Shown here: positions 8,787 through 17,823 of the stretch, one piece after another
Position numbering within the stretch: position 1 is the stretch's first letter
Layout of the letters: each line of letters begins with the position of its first letter
Assembly (NCBI GenBank): GCA_037132275.1
Contig: JBAXPK010000007.1
Coordinates: forward strand, 518 to 64,517
DNA length: 64,000 nt
Direction of reading: 5' to 3'
Source of the DNA: a bacterium
GTDB taxonomy: Bacteria; Verrucomicrobiota; Kiritimatiellia; CAIKKV01; CAITUY01
Position numbers and translations under genes: made by a program
Notes under the pieces: model-generated
What the model saw: the letters and a program-made list of their open reading frames with translations, nothing else
What the model was told of the DNA's origin: nothing
Database searches by the model: none

Positions 8787-9308
8787 ATGGTGAGTAGTAA
8801 GATTCAACCTGCAGTCGTGTGGTTCACCGGATTATCAGGGTCCGGCAAGAGTACCCTTGCTGAGAAGGTGGAGCACGCCCTGAAGATGCGTGGCGTGGAC
8901 ACCGAGATTCTGGATGGCGACCGGGTTCGCGCGGTCTTTCCGAGCATCGGGTTCTCCCTTGAGGAGCGCAACGCGCATATCCGCCGCATGGGCTTCATGG
9001 CGGGTCTCCTTGAGAAACACGGTGTGGTGGTGCTGGCGAGTTTCGTGTCGCCTTATGCAGAGGCCCGCCAGGCGGCGCGGTGGCAATGCCGCAATTTTAT
9101 TGAGGTCTATCTTTCCACCCCCCTCGCCGAATGCGAGCGGCGCGATGTGAAAGGTCTCTACGGCAAGGCGCGCCGGGGCGAGATCTCCAACTTCACCGGA
9201 GTCAGTGATCCGTATGAAGTTCCGGAGAATCCGGATCTGGTTATCGACACCACCGCCATGAGTGTGGAGGAATCTGTTGCCCTGGTTCTGGGGAGATTGC
9301 AGTCATGA
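8787..9308 (+). CDS. cysC: Adenylylsulfate (APS) kinase
   Basis: [16 protein letters not shown] Walker A and an LDGDRVR loop. A 173-aa standalone kinase domain. Confidence 0.8.
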   Translation: MVSSKIQPAVVWFTGLSGSGKSTLAEKVEHALKMRGVDTEILDGDRVRAVFPSIGFSLEERNAHIRRMGFMAGLLEKHGVVVLASFVSPYAEARQAARWQCRNFIEVYLSTPLAECERRDVKGLYGKARRGEISNFTGVSDPYEVPENPDLVIDTTAMSVEESVALVLGRLQS

Positions 9309-10210
9309 CAATCCATTCCCTGACCCATTTGAAGCAACTGGAAGCCGAGAGCATTCATATCATGCGCGAGGTGGCCGCAGAATTCGAGCGGCCGGTCATG
9401 CTTTACTCGGTCGGGAAAGACTCATCGGTCATGGTGCGGCTGGCCCAGAAGGCCTTTTACCCCGGACGGATTCCCTTTCCACTGATGCATGTGGATACAG
9501 GTTTCAAATTCGGGGAGATGATTGAGTTCCGTGACCGGTTTGTGAAGGAGATCAAGGCGGATCTTATTGTGCATCAGCATGAAAAATCAGCCGACCTGTC
9601 GGTGAATCCCTTTGCCCTCGGAACCCAGAAGTGCTGTGCGATACTTAAGACGCAGGCTCTGGTGGAAGCCATACGCAAACATAAGTTTGACGCCGCTTTC
9701 GGGGGCGCCCGCCGCGAGGAGGAGAAATCGCGGGCCAAGGAGCGGGTGTTCTCCTTTCGGGACGAGCTCGGGCAGTGGGATCCCAAAAACCAGCGTCCGG
9801 AACTGTGGAGCCTCTATAATACCCGGGTCAACACAGGCGAATCCATCCGAGTATTCCCCATCTCCAACTGGACCGAGTTGGATGTCTGGCAATATATCTA
9901 CATGGAAAAGATTCCGGTGGTGCCCATGTACTTTGCGCAGGAGCGCGACATGATTGTGAGGGATGAGCAGTTGATTCCGTTCCAGGAAACCACGCCGCTC
10001 AAACCGGGCGAACACCCCTGCAAAGTGCTGAGTCGATTCCGCACCCTGGGCTGTTATCCCTGTACCGGGGCCATCCGGTCATCGGCGTCAACGGTGGCGG
10101 AAATCATCGAGGAAATGATGGTCGTACGCATCTCCGAACGTTCGACCCGCGTGATTGATCATGACGCCGAGGGCTCGATGGAAATGAAGAAACGGGAAGG
10201 GTATTTCTAG
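9305..10210 (+). CDS. cysD: Sulfate adenylyltransferase subunit 2 (CysD/NodP)
   Basis: Near-identical block structure to E. coli CysD: [38 protein letters not shown] (PP-loop SxGKDS), [22 protein letters not shown] and [15 protein letters not shown] overlap with cysC. Confidence 0.9.
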   Translation: MTIHSLTHLKQLEAESIHIMREVAAEFERPVMLYSVGKDSSVMVRLAQKAFYPGRIPFPLMHVDTGFKFGEMIEFRDRFVKEIKADLIVHQHEKSADLSVNPFALGTQKCCAILKTQALVEAIRKHKFDAAFGGARREEEKSRAKERVFSFRDELGQWDPKNQRPELWSLYNTRVNTGESIRVFPISNWTELDVWQYIYMEKIPVVPMYFAQERDMIVRDEQLIPFQETTPLKPGEHPCKVLSRFRTLGCYPCTGAIRSSASTVAEIIEEMMVVRISERSTRVIDHDAEGSMEMKKREGYF

Positions 10211-10211
10211 A

Positions 10212-12143
10212 ATGAATGCGATTGAGGCATTTCTGGCGGAGAATGAGAAGAAGGATCTGCTTCGGTTTTCGACGGCGGGCAGCATTGACGACGGCAAGTC
10301 AACCCTGATCGGCCGTTTACTGCACGACTCAAAGAATGTCTACGAGGATACGCTGGCGTCGATCAAAAAGGCGTCTCGTGAAAAAATGTCGGAGGAACAG
10401 ATCGACCTTGCCTTGCTCACTGACGGTCTTAAGGCAGAACGCGAGCAGGGGATCACCATTGACGTCGCCTACCGCTATTTTTCGACACCGCGCCGGAAAT
10501 TCATCATCGCCGACACGCCCGGACACGAGCAATACACCCGGAATATGGCGACCGGCGCCTCGACCGCCAATCTTTCGGTTGTGCTGGTGGATGCGCGTCA
10601 TGGCATCCTTCCCCAGACGCGGCGCCATGCGTTTATCGCCTCCCTGCTGGGGGTGCCGCACATGATTGTGGCCGTGAACAAAATGGATGCCGTGGACTAT
10701 CGGGAAGACGTCTTTCAGGCGATTCGCGACGAGTTCGCTGAGTTTGCCTCGAAGCTGGGCATCAAGGATCTGCGTTTCATTCCGCTGAGTGCCCTCAAGG
10801 GCGATAACGTCGTCCATCGCAGTGGAAACATGACCTGGTACCGGGGCGAAAGCCTGATGGAAATCCTGGAGAACGTCTACATCGGCAGCGACCATAATCT
10901 CGTGGATCTGCGGTTCCCCATCCAATATGTGGTGCGCCCGGATATGGGCTTCCGCGGCTATGCCGGAGTTGTCACCTCCGGTGTCATCCGTCGGGGGGAT
11001 GAGGTGTTGGCGCTCCCTTCGATGAAAGTCAGCCGGGTCAAATCGATTGTCACCTTTGATGGCGACGTGGAAGAGGCCTGTTCGCCCATGTCGGTAACGG
11101 TCACCCTGGAAGACGAGCGTGATATCAGCCGCGGGGAAATGCTGGTCCGTCCGCATAACCTTCCCAAAATGGACCGGCGTTTTGAAGGCATGGTGGTGTG
11201 GATGGGGGATGCCCCAATGGATCTGAATGCCAGCTATTTCATCAAGCACACCACCCGCCTGACCCGGTGCCGGGTGGACGAAATCCGTTACAAGGTGAAT
11301 GTGAACACCCTGGCCAGAGAGGCCATGACGGGACTCGCCTTGAATGACATTGGCCGGGTTGTCTTCACCGCCAATCAACCCCTGTTCAGTGATTCCTACG
11401 AGAAGAACCGGGGAACCGGCTCATTTATCCTGATTGACCCCGTGACCAACGCCACTGCGGCAGCCGGGATGATCATTGATCGCGAACCAGCGGAACAGCT
11501 TGTTTCCCGCATCACCCCCGGGGTAGGGGCGCACACGATGAGCCGGCATGGCCGCCAGATCGAGGCCGGGGAGCGGGTGGCGCGTTATGGGCAGAAGCCG
11601 GCGACCCTGTGGCTGACCGGTCTGGTGGGATCGGGAAAATCAAGTCTGGCTGGCGCGCTAGAGCGGAAGCTTTTCGACTTGGGCGCCGTCAGCGTTGTCC
11701 TCGATGGTTCGAATGTGCGGTCGGGCCTCAACCGTGAACTGGATTTCACGTCCGAGGGGATGGCCGAACATCTCCGCCGCGTCGCTGAGATGGCTCGGCT
11801 CCTGAACGATGCCGGGTTGGTGGTTATATGCGCCTTTGTTTCCCCTCATGAAAAGGTGCGCCGGCAGGTGGCTGAAATTATTGGAATCGACCGGTTTCTG
11901 GAAGTTCACGTGGATGCGCCCCTTGAGTGGTGCCAGGCTCACGACCACACTGGGTTCTATCAGCGGGCCGAGGTAGGCGAGGTGCGCAACGTGGCGGGCA
12001 TCAGTTTTCCTTATGAAGCGCCGACCACGCCCTCGCTCAGGGTGTCGACGCCGGATATGACGCCTGAAGGTGCTGTATCAATCGTCATGAACCTGCTGCG
12101 TAAACAAGGGATATTCCCGGTCGGTGCTCTCTCAAATGAGTGA
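10212..12143 (+). CDS. cysN: Bifunctional sulfate adenylyltransferase subunit 1 (GTPase) / APS kinase, NodQ-like
   Basis: N-terminal EF-Tu-like GTPase ([27 protein letters not shown]). C-terminal APS kinase ([33 protein letters not shown]). 643 aa. Confidence 0.85.
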   Translation: MNAIEAFLAENEKKDLLRFSTAGSIDDGKSTLIGRLLHDSKNVYEDTLASIKKASREKMSEEQIDLALLTDGLKAEREQGITIDVAYRYFSTPRRKFIIADTPGHEQYTRNMATGASTANLSVVLVDARHGILPQTRRHAFIASLLGVPHMIVAVNKMDAVDYREDVFQAIRDEFAEFASKLGIKDLRFIPLSALKGDNVVHRSGNMTWYRGESLMEILENVYIGSDHNLVDLRFPIQYVVRPDMGFRGYAGVVTSGVIRRGDEVLALPSMKVSRVKSIVTFDGDVEEACSPMSVTVTLEDERDISRGEMLVRPHNLPKMDRRFEGMVVWMGDAPMDLNASYFIKHTTRLTRCRVDEIRYKVNVNTLAREAMTGLALNDIGRVVFTANQPLFSDSYEKNRGTGSFILIDPVTNATAAAGMIIDREPAEQLVSRITPGVGAHTMSRHGRQIEAGERVARYGQKPATLWLTGLVGSGKSSLAGALERKLFDLGAVSVVLDGSNVRSGLNRELDFTSEGMAEHLRRVAEMARLLNDAGLVVICAFVSPHEKVRRQVAEIIGIDRFLEVHVDAPLEWCQAHDHTGFYQRAEVGEVRNVAGISFPYEAPTTPSLRVSTPDMTPEGAVSIVMNLLRKQGIFPVGALSNE

Positions 12144-12176
12144 AGTTAATACTTTGCTGGCAGGGGTGATGCCTAA

Positions 12177-12590
12177 TTGAAGATTCCAAACAGCGTGGAA
12201 CGCGTTCTTAAATTTGGCGTGGTCGGGGTCTTGACCTTCGCGCTGGATCTTATTCTTCTTTATGTTTGTATCGACTGGTTGGAATGGAATTACATTATCG
12301 CGACGGGAATCGCGTTCACAATGGCCGTTTCTGTAAACTATTATGGCGACCGGCGCTGGGTGTTCAAAGGCACTCTCAGGTCCATCCGGGCGGGGTATGT
12401 TATTTTCATGGTCATCGGATGCGTGGGCGCGGCCATTGCCATGGTCGGCATGTCCGTCCTCGTGGGGGTTTTCCACATTCATTATTTTGCATCGCGCATC
12501 GCCATTGCGAGCCTGGTGGGCCTGTGGAACTATTTCATGAACCTCTATGTAAACTTTCAGGTGACAGGCAAGCACGGGGAGGCTTCCTGA
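12177..12590 (+). CDS. GtrA-family membrane protein
   Basis: TTG start. FGVVGVLTFALDLILLYVCIDWLEWNYIIATGIAFTMAVSVNYYGDRRWVF is typical of GtrA-like four-TM proteins associated with glycan translocation. Confidence 0.55.
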   Translation: MKIPNSVERVLKFGVVGVLTFALDLILLYVCIDWLEWNYIIATGIAFTMAVSVNYYGDRRWVFKGTLRSIRAGYVIFMVIGCVGAAIAMVGMSVLVGVFHIHYFASRIAIASLVGLWNYFMNLYVNFQVTGKHGEAS

Positions 12591-12633
12591 ATCTGTTTCC
12601 CGTCCCCGCAGCCCGGGTGTGCCGGCTTGCGAG

Positions 12634-12664
12634 CATCTAACGTGAGCGTTGTTGTTTCCTAACA
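12634..12664 (+). promoter_or_regulatory. Bipartite conserved motif CATCTAACG-N10-TGTTTCCTAACA (copy 1)
   Basis: Sits 42 nt upstream of the ATG at 12707. An identical bipartite arrangement with the same 10-nt spacer recurs at 12922-12952. Confidence 0.4.
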
Positions 12665-12706
12665 TAGGGTGTCTATCGTCTTTCCAAGTTAAGGAGGAAT
12701 GACGAT

Positions 12707-12895
12707 ATGAAATGTTTAAAATGCAACGACGAAGTAGATATTAAGAAGAACGAAATCCCGCCACGTTGGTACGGGCATTACGAGAACGCGAAACTCGCGA
12801 AGCTCATGTGCGTGGAATGCCTTGTGACCCATAAAGAGATATGGGATTTGGTACGGACGGGGTGTGGGGGTGGTAAGCAAGCCCTTTCGGCTTGA
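12707..12895 (+). CDS. Small zinc-ribbon-like protein (62 aa, CxxC...CxxC)
   Basis: Strong Shine-Dalgarno AAGGAGGA 7 nt upstream. Cys pairs at C3/C6 and C35/C38 (MKCLKCN...MCVECLV). Flanked by the conserved motif pair. Confidence 0.4.
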   Translation: MKCLKCNDEVDIKKNEIPPRWYGHYENAKLAKLMCVECLVTHKEIWDLVRTGCGGGKQALSA

Positions 12896-12921
12896 CTGTT
12901 CTCGTCCACCCTGCTGACGAA

Positions 12922-12952
12922 CATCTAACGAGCGGGTCGCTGTTTCCTAACA
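12922..12952 (+). promoter_or_regulatory. Bipartite conserved motif CATCTAACG-N10-TGTTTCCTAACA (copy 2)
   Basis: Same 9-mer and 12-mer with the same spacing as copy 1. It lies 51 nt upstream of the ATG at 13004. Confidence 0.4.
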
Positions 12953-13003
12953 GGGTTGGCTTATGATGTGGTTTTTGATCGTTTACAAACGGAGCAACAT
13001 ATC

Positions 13004-13330
13004 ATGGCAAAGAAGGCAGTGAAAAGCGCGGTGACGACGCGTGCAACGGTAAAACCGCAACTACCCCGGCGTAAGCGGGTAACATTCCGGTTTCAGGCGA
13101 AAGAAGGAGCCGATGTGCGTGTGGCGGGGAGTTTTAACAACTGGGATCCCAAGGCCCGGCTCCTGAACCCGGCGAAGGGAAACGGCGAGTACGCCAGTGC
13201 GATTCTGCTTCCGGCGGGACGTCACGAATACAAGTTCATCGTGGATGGCCAATGGCTTGGTGATCCGGTCTGTGCTGAGAAGGTTCCGGACGGGCACGGC
13301 GCGATGAATAGCGTGGTTGTGGTCGAGTAG
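13004..13330 (+). CDS. Small CBM48/AMPK-beta-like glycogen-binding-domain protein
   Basis: The ORF opens at TTG 12956, but an ATG at 13004 fits the upstream motif spacing. VTFRFQAKEGADVRVAGSFNNWDP...EYKFIVDGQWLGDP is the hallmark of CBM48/E-set N-terminal domains. Confidence 0.5.
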   Translation: MAKKAVKSAVTTRATVKPQLPRRKRVTFRFQAKEGADVRVAGSFNNWDPKARLLNPAKGNGEYASAILLPAGRHEYKFIVDGQWLGDPVCAEKVPDGHGAMNSVVVVE

Positions 13331-13379
13331 GTGGGTGCGGTATCGCCCCGGGTACTCCGATAACGGGGCAACCAAAACG

Positions 13380-14318
13380 ATGACACGATTTCCTGGCGTA
13401 TTATTGTTGTCTTTCCTGGGCATGACGGCTACCGCCCTGGCCGGTGCCGACACAAATTTTTTCTCTGAGGTCGCCGGGCGATTTCACCCGTCCAAGCCGT
13501 CTGCGGTCATGAATTACGACGTGAGCTACGCTCTGATGAGTATTCGTCTCAAGCGCGTCGCCAGCGCCACGATGACCGCCACCGAGGGGGTGTGGTGCGG
13601 TAGCGTCTCCAACTCGTCGAGCCCCGCCTGCATGATCGATTTTTTTGTCGCCACGCCCCGGGGCGACGAGGGCGAGATGAGTCTATATAAGCGCACGGTC
13701 TCCGTGCTGACCCTACCGGATTTGAAACTCATTACGTATGTGAAGCAAAACGATGAATTCATCAAGCCGTTCTTCGGGAAAGGGCGGCGGATGAAATATA
13801 CCGAGGAGTATAACTTCGAGCCCGCCGCTATGACCTACCGCCGCCACGATTTTGTGACCGGCACGGTGGAAACGAATCTCCAGGGCATGGCCGACCTGGC
13901 TAGGCAGAGCACGGAAGTCGCCGATGTGATCCGTGCCTTGTATGCGTCCTACCAGGGGGCCCCGGCGGTCGGTCGGCCTGTGGCGGACAAGATTCATTTT
14001 AACGTGGATGGCGCCGTCCGGACGTTCGATCTCAAGATGAAGAAGGGACGGATATCAGTCCCTGTTCTGTCTCGGAAACTCATGGCGTTGTATGCCGACA
14101 TCCAGCCGGGGGCGGGATGTACCGACCGGAATGAAAGCTTTTCCATGTGGTGCGTGCCGTTCAAGGAACTCTCTCGTGAAACGAATGATCCGAAACTGCA
14201 GCAACTTGCCGAAACGAGTCTGGAGTGCTCCATGGTGCCCTTATCAGGAGAGTACGCTTTGTTCCTGGGCAGTTTGCAGTGCACGCTCGCCACCATTGGC
14301 ACCCATTCCTGGGATTAA
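13380..14318 (+). CDS. Secreted hypothetical protein
   Basis: ATG at 13380 gives a signal peptide MTRFPGVLLLSFLGMTATALAGA. No recognisable domain. Confidence 0.4.
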   Translation: MTRFPGVLLLSFLGMTATALAGADTNFFSEVAGRFHPSKPSAVMNYDVSYALMSIRLKRVASATMTATEGVWCGSVSNSSSPACMIDFFVATPRGDEGEMSLYKRTVSVLTLPDLKLITYVKQNDEFIKPFFGKGRRMKYTEEYNFEPAAMTYRRHDFVTGTVETNLQGMADLARQSTEVADVIRALYASYQGAPAVGRPVADKIHFNVDGAVRTFDLKMKKGRISVPVLSRKLMALYADIQPGAGCTDRNESFSMWCVPFKELSRETNDPKLQQLAETSLECSMVPLSGEYALFLGSLQCTLATIGTHSWD

Positions 14319-14407
14319 GCTCAACCCTAGGGGCCGGGCGCGATGCCGGGGCAGTACTGACTAGACCCCAATGAAATCCTAATGGTTGTCAAACATTGCT
14401 CTAACGA

Positions 14408-16810
14408 TTGAATGTTATAATTCACATCCATATGGAATCAGCTACGGGTACAATGACAGGCGGCGATGATCTGGCAAGGCTCCGCAGCCTGTTGCAGATG
14501 GGTGAAGGCGGTGACCGCCTGGCTGAGGCGCTGCCATTCGGCATTGGCGATGCGACGGCAGGCGCCGAGAACGAACTGCAGACGGTGGTAACTGGTCCTC
14601 GCGAACAGGTAGATCTGGCCCGTGCGGTGGAGGAATCGAGCTACTTCAAGAACCTCATGCGGCGCGCCGCCGTGGGGGAAGCCTCCAAGAGCCTGGTTCG
14701 GGACATTAAGGATTTCCTGGCGGACAACCGGGAGTCGGCTTGGGAGAACAGTTGGGTGTACTTCCCGGCAGACCTCATGACGCCTTATGCGCAGTCCGTG
14801 TTCGAGGGGGATCTGTATGCCGACAAACAGGCGCCGGGCGTCCGCCGATCAGATGCAGGCCGTTTTGAGATTCAACGCAACGGGATCCGTTGCGTTCGCA
14901 TTCCCGTAAGTTATCTCCTGAAGCTGGCACTGGCCGATGCCATCAGCTTCGGTCGGGAACCGCACCCGGTGGTTCGCAGCACAGGCGAGAGGCTGATGCG
15001 TCATTTCCTCAACGACAACACCTCTCCCGAGACGCTGTCGTTCCACACAGTGGGTTCATCGTCCGAGCCGGGATTGGGCCGTGCGCTGGCAGAGGAGACG
15101 CTGAGGCGTTTTCTGCTGGTGCAGTTTCTGACCATGTACGCGAACGAGAAGTTCGAGCTGCGCGCAAGGGGGCAGCAGACGCTGGTCTGCCTCGCGCCGC
15201 ACACCCCCCGGCGCCAGAAGCAGTTGAATGAAATGGTGGCGGACTCGTTCTATCGCGACCTCTTCATGAGTCCATGCCTGTCAGGGTGGGATCGCGGGGA
15301 GGACAAGTACCATTATATGATCCTGTGCCACGAGGTGCTTTCGCGCAGCCGGCTCAACACCATGGCAAAGCTGCGCGAGTGTGGCATTCTTTCACGGGAT
15401 TTGGTGACCCTGCCGACGGTGTCCAACACGAGCCTGGCCAACAACGGCACGCATATCACCCTGGGCAGCCGCCGCCTTACCGCCTTGATGGCCCCCGGCG
15501 GGGGCAATGGGTTCACGGCGCAGGACGAAAAACGGACGGGCGACCTCGTTGTAAAGATTGTTGAACATTTTCTCCCCCTCTTTGTCGGGACTTACACAGC
15601 GGCGCCGCACCGGTTGGATTTTCGCGACTTTCATCCGGAGTCAGTGTTGGGATTTCTGCCGCACGAACTCGACTTCACCCATTTGCGCATGTTGTGGCGG
15701 CGCTGGCAGGGCAAGGCCGATCTCAAATGCCTGGGGGTCACGCTGACGCCCTTCGGGCCGCGTGCGCTGGATCGTTTCCTGGCCACGGTGCTCGGGTTAC
15801 GCGGCGACTGGGTGCCGGATCAGCGCCTGATTGACTACCTTGTCTCGCCCCTGAGCACGGACCACAGTCCGGCCCTTGACGGGACGATAGGCAATGATGA
15901 GCGGCTCAAGCGGGATCTGGCCCAGATGGGTGTGTTTGACCCACGGATGTCTTTCTACTCCCTGTATCGCCAGCGGATTTTCTCCAAGATGGGATTCTGC
16001 GGGTTTGAGGGGCGCCACTACAGCCAGTTCGCGAGCATCACCCGGGACATGGCTGCGGCCACCGATATGCAGCGGCTGGTTACCGCGTTGGCCTACCAGT
16101 ATGTGTTGACTGGCGCCGTGACCCATGTAGACATCCCGGACACGCCTGAAGTCGAGAGCGAACGGCGCCAGGTCTTTTTCGGGACGGCCATCGGTATCCC
16201 GACGTTTTTTGTCAGAACTCAGACCTCGAACCGGTTTCTCCAGCATATCCTGGGACGAGCGGCACGAACCCGTGATAGTCACCGGTATTCGGGGCGCACC
16301 CGCGTTTATAACGACGAATACCGCCGGGCACTAGTGGCAACCCTGGAACATGACGGTGCGGGGCTGATCGAATCCCTCGGGCTCGGTGAGACCGTGAGCG
16401 ACCTGAAGCGGAGAATCGAGCCGGCCGGAAAAGGATCGGCGCTGGACGCCCTCCTCACGGGAATTCTGGACGAGGCGGGAACCTCATCACCGCTGAAAGC
16501 GTCCGCAGGGACATTCAACGAGGCGGCGGAACGCTACTACCGGGACACCCTGCTGAAGAATTTTGTGGCTGAAGCGCTTGATTTGTTCGCCCGCGACCTG
16601 AAGGAACTCGCAAGCCGCTCGTCTGGCGGTGGGGAGGAGGCGAAGGCCCTATTGTCGGCGCTAAACGGGGAGGATCCGACTTCCTTCCTGGAGGCGGTAC
16701 GGGGCACGGTGCTGGAAGGGAAAGTCTCCCAGTCCGTTCTGGTCAAGCTCATCAGCCTCGTACTGCTGGTCATCCGCCACCACTGTGAAGAGAACGGAGG
16801 CAAACCATGA
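14408..16810 (+). CDS. Large (about 800 aa) cytoplasmic protein of unknown function
   Basis: Long ORF with coding-like composition, no signal peptide or TM, and no P-loop or other motif I can recognise. Start uncertain (ATG 14408, 14432 or 14453). Its stop overlaps the psd start (ATGA at 16807-16810). Confidence 0.5.
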   Translation: MNVIIHIHMESATGTMTGGDDLARLRSLLQMGEGGDRLAEALPFGIGDATAGAENELQTVVTGPREQVDLARAVEESSYFKNLMRRAAVGEASKSLVRDIKDFLADNRESAWENSWVYFPADLMTPYAQSVFEGDLYADKQAPGVRRSDAGRFEIQRNGIRCVRIPVSYLLKLALADAISFGREPHPVVRSTGERLMRHFLNDNTSPETLSFHTVGSSSEPGLGRALAEETLRRFLLVQFLTMYANEKFELRARGQQTLVCLAPHTPRRQKQLNEMVADSFYRDLFMSPCLSGWDRGEDKYHYMILCHEVLSRSRLNTMAKLRECGILSRDLVTLPTVSNTSLANNGTHITLGSRRLTALMAPGGGNGFTAQDEKRTGDLVVKIVEHFLPLFVGTYTAAPHRLDFRDFHPESVLGFLPHELDFTHLRMLWRRWQGKADLKCLGVTLTPFGPRALDRFLATVLGLRGDWVPDQRLIDYLVSPLSTDHSPALDGTIGNDERLKRDLAQMGVFDPRMSFYSLYRQRIFSKMGFCGFEGRHYSQFASITRDMAAATDMQRLVTALAYQYVLTGAVTHVDIPDTPEVESERRQVFFGTAIGIPTFFVRTQTSNRFLQHILGRAARTRDSHRYSGRTRVYNDEYRRALVATLEHDGAGLIESLGLGETVSDLKRRIEPAGKGSALDALLTGILDEAGTSSPLKASAGTFNEAAERYYRDTLLKNFVAEALDLFARDLKELASRSSGGGEEAKALLSALNGEDPTSFLEAVRGTVLEGKVSQSVLVKLISLVLLVIRHHCEENGGKP

Positions 16811-17823
16811 TGGCACACCAGTATGTGGAACGGCGGAGTGCGTGCGCCGTCGGCGAGACGTTTTTTGGCGACCCGGTTGTCTCTTTTTTGTATTCACGGA
16901 TCCGTGAGGAGTCAGGGTGGTTGTACCGGGCGCTGACCTCATCCCGGCTGACCAACCTGCTGGGGATATTGCAGTTCGATGTCCGTCCCCGCGATCCCGC
17001 CCGTATGCGTTGGCGGCTGGCATCGGCGTGTGGAGTGGACTTTTCGGAATGTGCCGACCCGTTGGAGACTCTCGATACGGCGCGCAAGGTCTTTGAGCGC
17101 AAGATTCGCTATTGGGAGTGCAGGCCCATGGATCCCGATCCCGGGGCGATCGTATCCCCTTCGGATGCCCGTCTCTTGGTGGGTTCGTTCCAAAAGGTTT
17201 CCGGTTTGTTGCTCAAAGAAAAATTCTTCCGCTTCGAGGAATTGTTGGGCGATGATAAACTCGGCTGGCAGGAATCGTTCCGCGGCGGGGATTATGCCGT
17301 GTTACGACTGACGCCCGACAAGTACCATCGCAACCATGCGCCCGTGACCGGGGTGGTGAGGGATATCTACGAAGTGGACGGGGTCTTCCAGTCCTGCCAC
17401 CCCGCTGTCGTCATTGCCCAGGCCACGCCCTATTCCAAGAACCGGCGGACGGTTACGATCATTGACACCGATGTGCCGGGCGGAACACAAGCCGGGCTGG
17501 TGGCGATGGTCGAGGTGGTGGCGCTGATGATTGGCGAGATTGTGCAGTATTACTGTCAGGAGCGATACGATGCCCCCTTGGCAGTGTATAAAGGATTGCA
17601 CCTCTTGCGAGGATGCCCAAAGAGTCTGTTCCGCCCCGGCAGTTCCACGGTTGTGCTGGTGTTTCAACCGGGGCGCATCCGGTTTAGCGAGGATCTTGTG
17701 GCAAACCTCCGGCGTACCGATGTGAGGAGTTGTTACAGCGATGGAGAAGGAGGCGCCGTGGTGGAAACCGATGTGGCAGTCAGGTCAACCATTGCCCGCG
17801 TCGTTCCGGGAGGCCAGGCATGA
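16807..17823 (+). CDS. psd: Phosphatidylserine decarboxylase proenzyme (pyruvoyl-dependent)
   Basis: LTPDKYHRNHAPVTGVVRDIYEVDG against E. coli [25 protein letters not shown]. A GSST-type self-cleavage site (FRPGSSTVVLVF against KLGSTVINLF). 338 aa. Confidence 0.7.
   Translation: MMAHQYVERRSACAVGETFFGDPVVSFLYSRIREESGWLYRALTSSRLTNLLGILQFDVRPRDPARMRWRLASACGVDFSECADPLETLDTARKVFERKIRYWECRPMDPDPGAIVSPSDARLLVGSFQKVSGLLLKEKFFRFEELLGDDKLGWQESFRGGDYAVLRLTPDKYHRNHAPVTGVVRDIYEVDGVFQSCHPAVVIAQATPYSKNRRTVTIIDTDVPGGTQAGLVAMVEVVALMIGEIVQYYCQERYDAPLAVYKGLHLLRGCPKSLFRPGSSTVVLVFQPGRIRFSEDLVANLRRTDVRSCYSDGEGGAVVETDVAVRSTIARVVPGGQA

Noticed and set aside
10329-11378. 349-aa minus-strand ORF antisense to cysN/cysC
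   Set aside because: It is entirely contained in a gene with near-perfect CysN homology on the other strand, and its translation is His/Gly/Arg-rich with no motifs.
12132-12665. 177-aa minus-strand ORF overlapping the GtrA-like gene
   Set aside because: The plus-strand GtrA-like reading has recognisable family features and continues the operon. The antisense translation is low-complexity.
14378-14419. TTGTCA and perfect TATAAT upstream of or within the 14408 ORF
   Set aside because: Spacing is about 30 nt, too long for sigma70, and TATAAT lies inside the first codons of the longest ORF. It may mark a later start (14432) but cannot be decided from sequence alone.
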